Under the pieces are notes generated by a model. The model saw only the letters and a list, made by a program, of their open reading frames with translations. It did not search any database and was not told where the DNA came from. A stretch of DNA of 64,000 nucleotides from a bacterium (lineage in GTDB: Bacteria > Patescibacteriota > Gracilibacteria > Peribacterales > Peribacteraceae). Of the stretch, positions 1-10,188 are shown piece by piece. Numbering within the stretch: position 1 is the first letter of the stretch; every line of letters begins with the position of its first letter. The stretch is from NCBI GenBank assembly GCA_029558515.1, contig JAKQEM010000032.1, forward strand, positions 3,987 to 67,986, given 5' to 3'. Made by a program: the position numbers and the translations under genes.

Positions 1-943
1 ATCATCGGTCACAGGTTTCGATGACGCTCCTGCAATCAGTGACCGAAGTTTTCGCGCACGTCCGTTTTTCATTACCGCCGATGGGAGGTTCATGCTCATC
101 GATCCAGTTCTTTATTTGGATAAGATGATGGACGGCCCGCTGTTCACCCTGCTGCAGGCAGGAAGCGCCAAGGCTGAATATTTCTTTCAAGAATTCGGAT
201 ACGCATTTGAGGCTTCCATGAGGGAATATCTGAAGAGTTTTTATCCGACATCTACTCTCAGTGATCGCTTGAGCTGCCCGCTTCTCCGCGAACCAAAGGG
301 CGGCGAACGCGAGCCTTCGGAGGTGACGGACGGGTGTTTGGATTACGGGGACGAGATGATTCTTTTCGAGATGAAGGCAACCTTCTTGAGGCAAGAGAAG
401 ATCATCGGAAACGACAATGAGGAATACGTGCAAATGCTGCGGGAACGGTATGTGATGACATCCGAAGGTGAGGCGAAGGGTGTCACACAATTGGCAAACA
501 CGATCATGCGGATCGACTCCGGCGAATACACGCCAGTAGGCCGCGATTTCTCTATCGTTAAGAAAATCTATCCTGTGCTTCTAGTGCATGATGAACTGAT
601 CGATGCTCCGATGCATCCCTACTTTTTTGCCAATGAATTTGTGAAGGCATTGGAGCCGGATGAAACATTGCAGAATGGCTTCATGAAGAAAGGTCGTTTC
701 CTTGTCGCACCTGTTACACTTATGACCGTAGAGGATCTGGAAAACTTGGAATTCCTCATCAGAAGAAAAGGATTCTCCTTGAGAGATGCTTTGGCAAAAT
801 ATGCAGAGTTGTATCCTGATAGACGAGAGGGATTCCATAATGCATGTCTTGATGCGGGATACCAGCTCTATGCGACACAAGTCCTCGCCGAGAAGGGTTT
901 GGAAATTATCAGGAAAACCCGTGCGAAACTTTTCCCAAAATAA
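1..943 (+). CDS. Hypothetical protein with PD-(D/E)xK-like nuclease motif, 5'-truncated by window edge
   Basis: Frame is open from position 2 to the stop at 943; motif VTDGCLDYGDEMILFEMKA resembles D...ExK of restriction-like nucleases. Confidence 0.6.
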   Translation, partial: SSVTGFDDAPAISDRSFRARPFFITADGRFMLIDPVLYLDKMMDGPLFTLLQAGSAKAEYFFQEFGYAFEASMREYLKSFYPTSTLSDRLSCPLLREPKGGEREPSEVTDGCLDYGDEMILFEMKATFLRQEKIIGNDNEEYVQMLRERYVMTSEGEAKGVTQLANTIMRIDSGEYTPVGRDFSIVKKIYPVLLVHDELIDAPMHPYFFANEFVKALEPDETLQNGFMKKGRFLVAPVTLMTVEDLENLEFLIRRKGFSLRDALAKYAELYPDRREGFHNACLDAGYQLYATQVLAEKGLEIIRKTRAKLFPK

Positions 944-946
944 TCT

Positions 947-2266
947 ATGGAAAACCGAGTTATCGAAGGTAAATGGTGGATTGCTGGCACTGAGGATGAG
1001 GAATCCGGAAATTTAGTGTGTGATGAGAAAGGATGGAACTTAAAATTGAATGGAACCTTTCAGCAGCAACCCGATGAAGATTTGAAACACGCTTTATCGC
1101 AGCAGCGTCCTCGCTTTATTTCGCCGAGCACCGAAAATACGGTTCTAGGAATCACAAAAGATGGCAAACCAATCACGCTCGAATATTTTCCAGCCAAAAG
1201 CTCCAATCTTTTTCTTGTTGGACGAGGGTATAATTCCGAGGCTTATCTCATTCATAGATTTTTCGAGAATGCCCATTTTCCTGATCCAAAAGCGATAACA
1301 TTTAAGAGGGTGCTGGTGAAATTTCCCTTCCTCTATGAGTGGTTCGGGCAATCAATGGTGGACGTAGAAAGAGATCGAAATGAAGATGGTAGTGCGAAAG
1401 AAGTCAGATTTGTCTGCAAGCCCGGAACAAAAACTCCAATAGGCATCGTCGGTGATATGTCACTTGCACTCCGCGCATATGCAACGATGCCTTTCTTTCC
1501 GGCGAAAAACATTTCCATAACTCAGGAAGCGGAATTGGTCATTGAGAGTACAGGTGCGTCAGAGATTTCTCTGAAAGATATTCGAGCCACAATCGTTACC
1601 TTCAGGGATTTCCTAACAGTCGCTACAGGTCTGCACATCTCAGTCAAATCAATCGTAGGTATTACGGATAGCAACAAGGAGAATTTTCCTGATGGAAAAA
1701 CATATAATCCGGAAGTTTTGATACACGATAGGTTCTTTGAGAACGATGGAATACAGGCAGATGTTAAGCCAAACTCTATGAATTTCACCTTCGGTGAACT
1801 GGCGGGAAATGCCGATACAATTTTAAAAAATTGGTTTCAGGCCTCTCAAAAATTCAAGGACGTCTTCAACGTGTATTTCAGTACTTTAGCTGTTCCGAAT
1901 TTGAATCTCCGGAATAAATTCGCGAGTGTTATCGCTGCAATCGAAGGATTAATGAGGATCGGTGATCCTAGCCTGCGAACCGAGAGAAGTCTTTTCAAAA
2001 TCATCAATGCCTTACAGGATTTAATAAAGCCATATGGAATTCTCTTTACTACAAATGAGATTGAATTGATCGTGAATACTCGAAATAAGTTCGCTCATAT
2101 TGAACTGACAGATCCGACCAGACAGCCCTTGGATGATCACCAGCTCTACGATGCCACAGCAAAGCTATGTGCAATGCTGGAGATCGCAGTCTTATGCGAT
2201 TTAGGCTTCGACGCTCAAACATTGAGCAACATAGCTCGAAGAAAAATTGCAGAAGCTAAACGCTGA
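947..2266 (+). CDS. ApeA-like HEPN domain protein (putative anti-phage RNase)
   Basis: 439 aa; N-terminus GKWWIAG...SGNLV typical of ApeA N-terminal domain; C-terminal RxxxxH motif (TRNKFAH); low GC. Confidence 0.7.
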   Translation: MENRVIEGKWWIAGTEDEESGNLVCDEKGWNLKLNGTFQQQPDEDLKHALSQQRPRFISPSTENTVLGITKDGKPITLEYFPAKSSNLFLVGRGYNSEAYLIHRFFENAHFPDPKAITFKRVLVKFPFLYEWFGQSMVDVERDRNEDGSAKEVRFVCKPGTKTPIGIVGDMSLALRAYATMPFFPAKNISITQEAELVIESTGASEISLKDIRATIVTFRDFLTVATGLHISVKSIVGITDSNKENFPDGKTYNPEVLIHDRFFENDGIQADVKPNSMNFTFGELAGNADTILKNWFQASQKFKDVFNVYFSTLAVPNLNLRNKFASVIAAIEGLMRIGDPSLRTERSLFKIINALQDLIKPYGILFTTNEIELIVNTRNKFAHIELTDPTRQPLDDHQLYDATAKLCAMLEIAVLCDLGFDAQTLSNIARRKIAEAKR

Positions 2267-2887
2267 TCACTTATAATCCTGCACGCTCATCGAGTACGTT
2301 CCGATGGAGTTCGACTCGATGTAGTAGGTGCCAGCATTGTAGAAGACGCTCTCATCAGTGATCGGTCCCGTGCCGTTCATGATGATCTCGAAGCTGAAGC
2401 TGTTATCCGGCTTCTTAAGCCATGCCTGACAGAGGCTTCCTTTGCAATCGTAGACGATCTTAAATTTGTCACCCGTGATGGTGAACGGTTCCGACTTCTT
2501 CGCACCGTTTCCTTTGAAGACAAACACTTCCTGATAGGACTTTGCCGCAGCCGGAGCCTGAGCTGCCGCTCCTGCGTCTGACGGCTGCGCCGCCTGCTCT
2601 GGTCCCGAGAGTTGTGACCGATCCATCGTACCGACTGCCACACCCAAGAGGATAACCACTACGATGAATTTCACGCCGCCCGACAGGTGGAAATTGCCCT
2701 TCTTCTGAATAAATCCTATCGCCGGTGGTAGCAGGACAATGGATGCGGCGAGTAACGCCAAGCCAGTCACGGGCTGCTTCGCGAGCAACGAGACGGCAGG
2801 CAGGAGAAGGAAAATCCCTAGCGCCCAGCCAATGATGAGTCCAAGTGTGATTTTCTGGGGTGCCGATGGTGTTGTCTGGGAAGACAT
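2267..2887 (-). CDS. Membrane protein (about 3 TM segments) with C-terminal beta-rich extracellular domain
   Basis: 206 aa; hydrophobic N-terminal helices, Ala/Gln/Pro linker, beta-strand-rich C-terminus. Confidence 0.65.
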   Translation of the reverse strand: MSSQTTPSAPQKITLGLIIGWALGIFLLLPAVSLLAKQPVTGLALLAASIVLLPPAIGFIQKKGNFHLSGGVKFIVVVILLGVAVGTMDRSQLSGPEQAAQPSDAGAAAQAPAAAKSYQEVFVFKGNGAKKSEPFTITGDKFKIVYDCKGSLCQAWLKKPDNSFSFEIIMNGTGPITDESVFYNAGTYYIESNSIGTYSMSVQDYK

Positions 2888-2905
2888 GAAAGTGATTGGA
2901 AGGAA

Positions 2906-5194
2906 TTAAGCTGAGTTGGAGCGGATCTCCGCAATTATCGTTGCCATATTTTCTGCGGTCACCATCCGGAAAGCATTGGCTTTGCCGCAGGCCGAAGCCC
3001 ATATCTCTCCAATGTGTTCTTTGTAGGTGGTATCCGTCGAGCCAATGCGGTCTGCTCCTTTGTATTCCAATATCCACCACGCGCCCTTCGTGGTTCGCAC
3101 GATGAAATCCGGATAGAACCGTGCGGAGCGATATCCTTGGATGAAGAAGCCGTCCGAATCTTGCACGACGTTCCGCAGCCACCAATCGACGGCGTCGCAC
3201 GCGTCTAGCTGCTTTGCGAAGATCATCTCCTCGGCATTCAGTTCATCGCATCGGTCGAAAAGGTGTTTCTGGAAAGGCTCCTGCTGCGGTTGGAGGAGCG
3301 TCATGTCCATCGGCACACGCCACGATTCAGATGTGCTGGGCGTGATCCTGCCTTGCTCCAGCAGCCTCTTGAATGTTTCCTCAGCCTGCCCCGAGACGAG
3401 CGTATCCACCAGCCGCCGGAGACTGTCACGCAGCGAGAATTTCTGCATGAAAAGCGTCTCAAGCGAATACTTCTGGAGCAGCTTCTCCAGAACATCGGTC
3501 AGGAATGCGTTCATGTCGTTGATGGCGATAGCCTGTTCGCGCACGGTGCGCGAAATCCACCGGATCAATGCGTCCTTTGTCTCATCCTCCGAAAGCAGGA
3601 GCAGCTTAAGCCGCTGTTGTGCTTCAACGGTCACTGCATCTTCTTGGATATCTATCAATGTTGCCTGATTTTCCAGCTCCTCGAGGAACGAGAGCGGTAC
3701 CTCGCTGCCGTGGAGCGAGAAGTCTTCCGGGATGAGGTCATAGAAGTCGAGTGGCTGGCCGTCGATTGCGAGCAGCGGAAGGCTGAAGTTTTCTTTTGAA
3801 CATGCTCTGACTGCCTCATAGTCGGTTCGCTGCTCGGAGCCATCACTGCGAATCACGTCATGCTTCGAGTAACCGTTCTGCGAGAGTCCCTCTACCACCG
3901 CTTTCGCCGCGTCATCGAATCGTCGCGAGGAGGTAAAGACGTATGAGCGGTTGAGCGCCTCCTGCGATTTTCTCTTTGCATAGGGCAGGCGCAGGACTCT
4001 GCCGATGATCTGCTCCACCGAGAGCCGCGTCCCCATGTTCGATGCCGACACGAGCGCATAGGCGAACGAACAATCCCATCCTTCCTTCAGCGCATTACAA
4101 GTGATGATGTAGCGCACAGGACATTTTCTGCTTAGCAGATTGGTGTGAGCGCTCAATTCATCTTCTTTGCCTGTCTTGATGGCGATTTCTTCGCGGGGTA
4201 TCTGCAGTTCGTCCGTCAGGAAATCCACCAGCAAATGTACGTGCACTTTGTCCTCCCGTTCCTGCTCGATCTCCGCTTGGAGCAGAAGGAGAGGACGGAT
4301 GTACTCCTTCGTTTCCTTTTCGTTTTTTTTCGTGATCTGCTCAAGCTCATCGCGTTTTTCCTTTGCCCGACGCACCGCCTCCTGCCATTGGGTTATATTC
4401 TCAAGGTGAATCGGAATTTTCACCATCTCCTCCTGTTTGAGCTGGATAGCGGGAATACTCACGAGGATGTTACTTCCCTGCAGCGGCGTCGCCGTGAACT
4501 CGATGATGCAGGATGGCAGGAAACTTGCGATGACATCGACCGACAACTCCGTCTGAGCGTTGTGGCCCTCGTCCAGTATGACGAGCGGTCGGTGCATGCG
4601 AATGACATTCGCCAGAGACTGGATGACGAGGCCATCCTCTGTCTTGAAGAGGTTCCTATCCTCCACACCTCGGAAATGTTCCATGAGGGAGCCATTCTGT
4701 GCGTAGATTTTCAATCCCTCCGTGTCTTCCCGCCGGATGGACGCGAGAGTCGTGACGACAACGCAGACGTTTTCGGTCACGTCTGAGGGCTTGAGTGCCC
4801 GCGCTTCTACGATGTCCATGACCCGCACACGCGAAGAGAAGAAGTGATCCAGCGTTTCGCGATACGGATGAGTCCTGTTCCGCAGTTGCGCGAGGGTTTG
4901 CGAGCGTATGGCGTCGGTCGGTACCAGCCAGAGCACGAGTCCCGCTTCCTGCTTTTCCAATAGGTAGTGCTCGAAGGCAAGGGCGACTGCATGAGACGCA
5001 ATCAACGTCTTACCTCCGCCCGTCGGCACGCGAACGCAGACGAACGGCACCTTCGGATCTCCATGCAAATCGCGGTACTTTTCATGCGTTCTCCGGTAGA
5101 AAGCAATATCCGGATCACCCTGCGCACGAGATTCCGCGAGAAACTCGCGCAGTTCCTCGATGCAGTGCCGTTGATAGTTCTTGAGATCGAGCAT
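2906..5194 (-). CDS. res: Type III restriction enzyme Res subunit
   Basis: Walker A VPTGGGKT, DEGH box, EFTAT, ALKEGWDC, QIIGRVLR, C-terminal FYPDF...ILEYKG endonuclease; ATG 5194 lies 2 nt after the Mod stop. Confidence 0.9.
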   Translation of the reverse strand: MLDLKNYQRHCIEELREFLAESRAQGDPDIAFYRRTHEKYRDLHGDPKVPFVCVRVPTGGGKTLIASHAVALAFEHYLLEKQEAGLVLWLVPTDAIRSQTLAQLRNRTHPYRETLDHFFSSRVRVMDIVEARALKPSDVTENVCVVVTTLASIRREDTEGLKIYAQNGSLMEHFRGVEDRNLFKTEDGLVIQSLANVIRMHRPLVILDEGHNAQTELSVDVIASFLPSCIIEFTATPLQGSNILVSIPAIQLKQEEMVKIPIHLENITQWQEAVRRAKEKRDELEQITKKNEKETKEYIRPLLLLQAEIEQEREDKVHVHLLVDFLTDELQIPREEIAIKTGKEDELSAHTNLLSRKCPVRYIITCNALKEGWDCSFAYALVSASNMGTRLSVEQIIGRVLRLPYAKRKSQEALNRSYVFTSSRRFDDAAKAVVEGLSQNGYSKHDVIRSDGSEQRTDYEAVRACSKENFSLPLLAIDGQPLDFYDLIPEDFSLHGSEVPLSFLEELENQATLIDIQEDAVTVEAQQRLKLLLLSEDETKDALIRWISRTVREQAIAINDMNAFLTDVLEKLLQKYSLETLFMQKFSLRDSLRRLVDTLVSGQAEETFKRLLEQGRITPSTSESWRVPMDMTLLQPQQEPFQKHLFDRCDELNAEEMIFAKQLDACDAVDWWLRNVVQDSDGFFIQGYRSARFYPDFIVRTTKGAWWILEYKGADRIGSTDTTYKEHIGEIWASACGKANAFRMVTAENMATIIAEIRSNSA

Positions 5195-5196
5195 AG

Positions 5197-6801
5197 TCAA
5201 TAGACATTCACTTGGTAGGGAATCTGCTTGAATGTGATCCGCTCTTTTCGCAGCAGCGCATCGGAAAGGAGACAACGGTCGGCGTACACCACCCTCTGCC
5301 CCTCCGATTTCGCCAGTTTCCGCAACTGCTCACGCGTGAATGTGTTTTTGCCCCTTTCGGTGAAGAAGAGGAAGTAATCAATGTCGCCATTCGTCCCGAC
5401 GAATGGCTTCTTCACATTCTTCTCGTTCAGATCTTTTCGGGTTTCCGTGAAGAAAACATACCGCGCGAGATCCATGTACGTGACGGGCTCGGAGAGCTTT
5501 CCGTCCTTATCAAACAGCGTCGTATCGAGCCGCATGAACTGGAAGCCGCCGCCCAATCCTTCTTCCTCGCCTTCGTCGGATTCATAGCCGCCGATGACTT
5601 TCTTCAGCCGCTCAGCGGTGATGTTTTTGGCAATCTCATCTTCCATTTCCACGAGGATGAACCTGCGTTTTCCTTCATCCTCCCTGTTTACTTCCAAGAC
5701 CGCATGGCCTGTGGTTCCGGATCCGGCGAAGGAGTCCAGTACCACGGCTTCCTTGTCGTCCTTCGTCATCCACTTCACGATGCGCTTGATGAGGTCTACG
5801 GATTTCGGGGTATCGAAGACCTTCTTGCCGAACACCTGCTTCAGCTGGCTGGAGCCGTTCGGCTTCACATCTGTCCACAAATTACTGAGCAGTTTCGCGT
5901 TCGTCGGAGGAATGTAGTGTTCCGGCTTCTTAGTATCTGAAAGCCGCAACATGTCGAATTCCTCTCCTGTCTCCTCCACACGGGCGAGGTACCACGCATC
6001 GATGTTGTCCGGCGTCACTTCCTTCCGCTGTTTCTTCAAATCACTGAGAAGCTTCTCATAATTCCGGATGGCTTTCATACTTCGTGCTTCTCCCCACCGC
6101 CATTGCCCCTCCGGTGGCGTGATTCCGAAGAGCTTGTAGCGCATGGTCGGCCTGTCGGTTCCCCGCCAGTGATTATTCCACCCTCCCGGCTTTTCCTCCT
6201 CGAGTTCCATGTAAAGTTTCTGAAAACGAAGGCTTCGGGATTTGGAGTACACTACGACGGATTCATAGCCGTTATTGAGAGAATCGATTGTCTCGAATTG
6301 GGCTTGCACGTTCTTCACGCCGCGCCGGATGACGATGCTGTCCTTGAAGCACCCTTTGAAGATCTCGTTCATCATGCAAATCAAGTGGTGTTGTTCGTTG
6401 TAGTCGATGGAGATGAAGATCACGCCGTCCTCCGCGAGCAGATCCCACAGCAGTTTCAGGCGTGGATACATCATGCAGAGCCATTTGTCGTGGCGACTCA
6501 AGTCGTCGTCCTCTCCTCCCACGACCTTTCCGAGCCATGAGCGTATCTCGGGCGCGTTGACGGCATCGTTGTAGACCCAGTTCTCTGTTCCCGTGTTGTA
6601 GGGAGGATCGATGTAAATACACTTCACCTTGCCGACGTAGTAGGGCATGAGCGCTTTGAGTGCCTCCAGATTGTCCCCTTTGATAAGCAAATGTTCGGAA
6701 TCACCAAGGGACAGCTTGGTGTCCCGTTTCAGAAGCCGGAACGGGACATCTTTGTCGTGGTTGATAACCGCCTGTTTGCCGATCCAGTCAAGCGTAGGCA
6801 T
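5197..6801 (-). CDS. mod: Type III R-M adenine methyltransferase (Mod)
   Basis: GDNLEALK, IYIDPPYNTG, HDKWLCMMYPRL, VLDSFAGSGTTGHAV. Confidence 0.92.
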   Translation of the reverse strand: MPTLDWIGKQAVINHDKDVPFRLLKRDTKLSLGDSEHLLIKGDNLEALKALMPYYVGKVKCIYIDPPYNTGTENWVYNDAVNAPEIRSWLGKVVGGEDDDLSRHDKWLCMMYPRLKLLWDLLAEDGVIFISIDYNEQHHLICMMNEIFKGCFKDSIVIRRGVKNVQAQFETIDSLNNGYESVVVYSKSRSLRFQKLYMELEEEKPGGWNNHWRGTDRPTMRYKLFGITPPEGQWRWGEARSMKAIRNYEKLLSDLKKQRKEVTPDNIDAWYLARVEETGEEFDMLRLSDTKKPEHYIPPTNAKLLSNLWTDVKPNGSSQLKQVFGKKVFDTPKSVDLIKRIVKWMTKDDKEAVVLDSFAGSGTTGHAVLEVNREDEGKRRFILVEMEDEIAKNITAERLKKVIGGYESDEGEEEGLGGGFQFMRLDTTLFDKDGKLSEPVTYMDLARYVFFTETRKDLNEKNVKKPFVGTNGDIDYFLFFTERGKNTFTREQLRKLAKSEGQRVVYADRCLLSDALLRKERITFKQIPYQVNVY

Positions 6802-6858
6802 GGGCGGCGGGAAGTGGATGTTTCGCTGAATGCATCGCGCGAACAGTACCGCCTACCT

Positions 6859-6885
6859 TGACATGTATCAAGGTGATAAGTGTCA
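6859..6885. promoter_or_regulatory. Imperfect palindrome (putative operator) between divergent mod and HTH genes
   Basis: TGACA-TG-TATCA-AGG-TGATA-AG-TGTCA; overlaps a TTGACA hexamer at 6858-6863. Confidence 0.45.
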
Positions 6886-6933
6886 GCTTCCGCCCCTTAA
6901 AGGTGACACGTAGCCTGAAAGATCACAAGACTT

Positions 6934-7149
6934 ATGGAACGTCTACCCAAACTCATGGCTATGAGCGATGTCCGAGAATGTCTCGGCGGCCTCTCCCGGC
7001 AGCGCGTTCACGAACTCATTCGCAAGAAGAACCTGCAATACGAGGAGACGTCAGCCGGTCGCATTTTTCTGGCAAGCGAAATACTCCAGCTCAAAAAGGA
7101 GATGGAGAAACATCCCCGCTCCAAGGCCCGTCAAACCAAAGGCAGATAA
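6934..7149 (+). CDS. Small helix-turn-helix protein (excisionase/RDF-like)
   Basis: 71 aa; LMAMSDVRECLGGLSRQRVHELIRK...GRIFLASEI resembles HTH_17/Xis; convergent with the recombinase. Confidence 0.65.
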   Translation: MERLPKLMAMSDVRECLGGLSRQRVHELIRKKNLQYEETSAGRIFLASEILQLKKEMEKHPRSKARQTKGR

Positions 7150-7160
7150 TCCACCCGCCC

Positions 7161-8552
7161 TCACAGGGCGTTTTTGGCTTTTCCAGCGTCCTTCTGAAGG
7201 GTGATCTTCCCATCCGCCAGCGTGATCTTGTTCCGCAGGCAGTGGAGCAACTCCCGCTTCTCCTCGATCTTCCCGTTCTGAAGGAGATACTTTGCGTAGG
7301 CGCGGATCTCCACCCTCGGCATTTTTTCGCTGGTCTGCCTTCCCAAGACTCCTGTCGTAAATTTCTCGTAGCGTGACACTTCTTCCTGCAATTTTTTCTT
7401 CATGCCGATCTTGTCGAGATCGACCGTATCGATGATCGTCATGAGGCTTTCGAGTAATTCATCCTCCCGGATCGACGGCTGCTTGCAGTCATGGTCTTTC
7501 GCGTGGCAACAGCGGTAGTAGACATACTTCCTAATGCTCCCGTCTTTCATGCGCTTGTGCTTCTCTTCGGCGGTAACCCCGGATTCGCACCCACCGCAGA
7601 GCATCATCTTCGTGAAGGCGAATTCCTTGGTGCCCCATTGCTTCTTCGGTGCCATGTCGAGCACCTTCCCTGCCGCCTCGAAGAGATGCTGCGGGACGAG
7701 CGGCTCGTATGTCCCTTGGTACCAGTTCCCGCTTCCGACCGGATACTCGAATTTCCCCGTGTAGAAGGGGTTTCTGAGCATCCGGTAGATCATGCTGAGG
7801 GTCACGGTCCGTCCCAGTTTCGTCGTGAACCCGACTTCCTGCATCCAGCGGTGCAGATCGCGTCCTGACGCATGCTGGTAGGCCACCTTCTCAAACGCCT
7901 GGCGAACGAGCGGTCCACGCATCGGATCGGGAATGACCCTGTTCTTCTTGTCCTCCGGTCGCTTCTCCAGCGCATACCCGAGCGCCGGAATGCAGGGGCG
8001 ATGTCCCATTTCCGCCCTCGTTTTCATGCCTCGTTTGGTGTTGATCCCGCGGTTGTCATTCTCCAGCTTCGCCTGGCTGCAGAGAATCATGAGGAGGAAT
8101 TTCTCGTTCGGGTTGTTCGTGAACCGCTGCCCATGCGTGCGGATTTCGATCAGATGGCCTTGGTCCATCAGGTCCACGACCGTCCCCAGATCCCCGGCAT
8201 TTCTGCTCAGACGATCCGCCGCCCACGTCAGCACACCCGTGAACATTCCCTCGCGGATGTCGGTCAGAAGTTGCTTGAAGACGGGTCGTGCCCCCGATGC
8301 TTTCGCGGAATGACTCTCGCGCCGCACTTCCACGATCTCCAGTCCCTCGCGCTTCGCGAGTTCCAGCATCGACTTGATTTGCGAATCGATACTCAGCGCC
8401 TGCCGCTCGTCATCCTCGGAGGATTTTCGCGCGTACAGGCAGTACTTGATTGGCCCCGTCATCCGTTCTTCCGGCGGCGTGAGGTCAATGTGGGAGAGGG
8501 CGACGGGCTGTGCTTTCGGTGTGCGTTTTTGCGGGAGCGTGGCGGTTGCCAT
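7161..8552 (-). CDS. Large serine recombinase (resolvase + recombinase + Zn ribbon)
   Basis: YARKSS catalytic Ser, DRLSRN, LRNPFYTG, CGGC...YYRC; start placed at ATG 8552. Confidence 0.9.
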   Translation of the reverse strand: MATATLPQKRTPKAQPVALSHIDLTPPEERMTGPIKYCLYARKSSEDDERQALSIDSQIKSMLELAKREGLEIVEVRRESHSAKASGARPVFKQLLTDIREGMFTGVLTWAADRLSRNAGDLGTVVDLMDQGHLIEIRTHGQRFTNNPNEKFLLMILCSQAKLENDNRGINTKRGMKTRAEMGHRPCIPALGYALEKRPEDKKNRVIPDPMRGPLVRQAFEKVAYQHASGRDLHRWMQEVGFTTKLGRTVTLSMIYRMLRNPFYTGKFEYPVGSGNWYQGTYEPLVPQHLFEAAGKVLDMAPKKQWGTKEFAFTKMMLCGGCESGVTAEEKHKRMKDGSIRKYVYYRCCHAKDHDCKQPSIREDELLESLMTIIDTVDLDKIGMKKKLQEEVSRYEKFTTGVLGRQTSEKMPRVEIRAYAKYLLQNGKIEEKRELLHCLRNKITLADGKITLQKDAGKAKNAL

Positions 8553-8655
8553 GGGAATGGGAGAAGGAAATATACGACACAAGGGATGCCGCAGCTTCCT
8601 CCTCATATCTAGGCGAAAGACCCTTTCGGCTGCCCTCCAAACCCTTTCAAATTGC

Positions 8656-10170
8656 TCATTCGTCGATATCACCCCGTACATTGTCCCATCCGGTGACCCC
8701 ATCGGGTCCGAGGAAGTAGATCCCGAAGTGCGGGAATTTCTCCTCGAGCGCCTTGATGATGAGGAGCGAAAATGCGTCCGCCAGATCGTCGTACCGCTCG
8801 ATGCCGAAGTTCACGAGCTGGTTGATGAGATCCTCTGCCCCCTTTCTCGGGAAGAGCACCCGTCCCGACTGCACGGCGTGGGACGTGAGTGCGAGCCTGC
8901 CGCGTTTGTCTTGGCCTTTCACGGGCACGGCCTCGGCATCGTAACCGTCCTCCTTCAGAAGTTCGACGAGAGAGGATTGATAGCCCACGTCTTCGATATA
9001 GAGAACGGACTTGCTCCTGTCCCCCGTGGTGCTCACGAGATTCTTCGCGCACTCCAGCGTCTCGAGCGTCGTCATTCGCTGATTTACAGGGTTCGGGAGG
9101 ATATAGATCGTGAGCTTCTGATCGATGAAGTAGAGCCGCGCCGTCACCATCGCCGTATAGTCGGCGGTGTCGTTCTTGGAAATGGCGAGATCAATGCCCG
9201 TTGCGATTTTCTCAAGACGTACTTTCGACACTCCTTGGTCGGTGTAGTGTTCTACGGGGAACTCGTCGTAGTACTGAATCCACTCCGGATGAATGACGCG
9301 CTCCGTATCCGAAAGGATATGCAAAAGAAATTCCCGATGCCATGCCGCCTCGCTCCCGATGCGGGATTTTTCCTCTTGGATCGCATGCTCATCCGGATAT
9401 TTTCCCGGCCAGAGGATATTGCCCTGCGCGTCGAGCAGCGGATATTCGCGGTAGACACCGCCCATGGAGCCATCTGTGATATGCCGCTCGAATTTCTTGA
9501 GTAGGCAGTCTTCGTGCAGGAGATTCCCGATGATGAACGTTCGCGTCTTTGGTCCTCCCGCCGGAATCACCTCGCCCATGAGCCACTGGTACGTCTTGTC
9601 CCGGCCATCCTTCGTCTTCACGGATTGCAAATCCTCGATGTCGTCGCAGATGATGAGTTGCGGACGGTGCGGCCCGTGTCGGATGCCGCGCACGCTCGTC
9701 TCGGTCGAGGCCGCCGTGATACGCGCCCCGAGCAGCGGCAGCACGATGGACGAGGAATTCCACTCGTCTTCCCGCTCCTCGAACGGCCCCAGATCCTTCC
9801 GCAGCAGCTCATTGCGCTCGATTTCGTCCTTCAGGTTCTTGAGGTGCTGCCGCGCTTGGGACTGCGTCTGGCCGAGGATCAGGACAAACTTGATGCCGAG
9901 CTTTCCGAGGATCGCCCACAAGGGAAAGGATAGGCTGACAATGGTGGACTTGCCTGATCCTCGGAATGCGGTGATTGCGGTGAGCTTCTGTGATTCATCC
10001 TCCGTGAACCCAAAAATTTCCTTCTGAAACAGTGCCGTCGGACTCGACACGTAGTGTCCGAAGTAGATATGAAAGAAGTAGAAATGGCTCTCGCGCGTGA
10101 TACTGCGCCGCACCCGCTGGTCGCGTAGAATCGTCGTGCGAAGTTCCGGAGTGATATCCATGGTCTGCAT
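8656..10170 (-). CDS. Terminase large subunit-like protein, copy A
   Basis: Walker A AFRGSGKS, Walker B LIICDDIED, RNase H-like nuclease GIDLA...DYTA...YDDLADA. Confidence 0.85.
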   Translation of the reverse strand: MQTMDITPELRTTILRDQRVRRSITRESHFYFFHIYFGHYVSSPTALFQKEIFGFTEDESQKLTAITAFRGSGKSTIVSLSFPLWAILGKLGIKFVLILGQTQSQARQHLKNLKDEIERNELLRKDLGPFEEREDEWNSSSIVLPLLGARITAASTETSVRGIRHGPHRPQLIICDDIEDLQSVKTKDGRDKTYQWLMGEVIPAGGPKTRTFIIGNLLHEDCLLKKFERHITDGSMGGVYREYPLLDAQGNILWPGKYPDEHAIQEEKSRIGSEAAWHREFLLHILSDTERVIHPEWIQYYDEFPVEHYTDQGVSKVRLEKIATGIDLAISKNDTADYTAMVTARLYFIDQKLTIYILPNPVNQRMTTLETLECAKNLVSTTGDRSKSVLYIEDVGYQSSLVELLKEDGYDAEAVPVKGQDKRGRLALTSHAVQSGRVLFPRKGAEDLINQLVNFGIERYDDLADAFSLLIIKALEEKFPHFGIYFLGPDGVTGWDNVRGDIDE

Positions 10171-10188
10171 GGGGTGGGAGGGAAGAAA

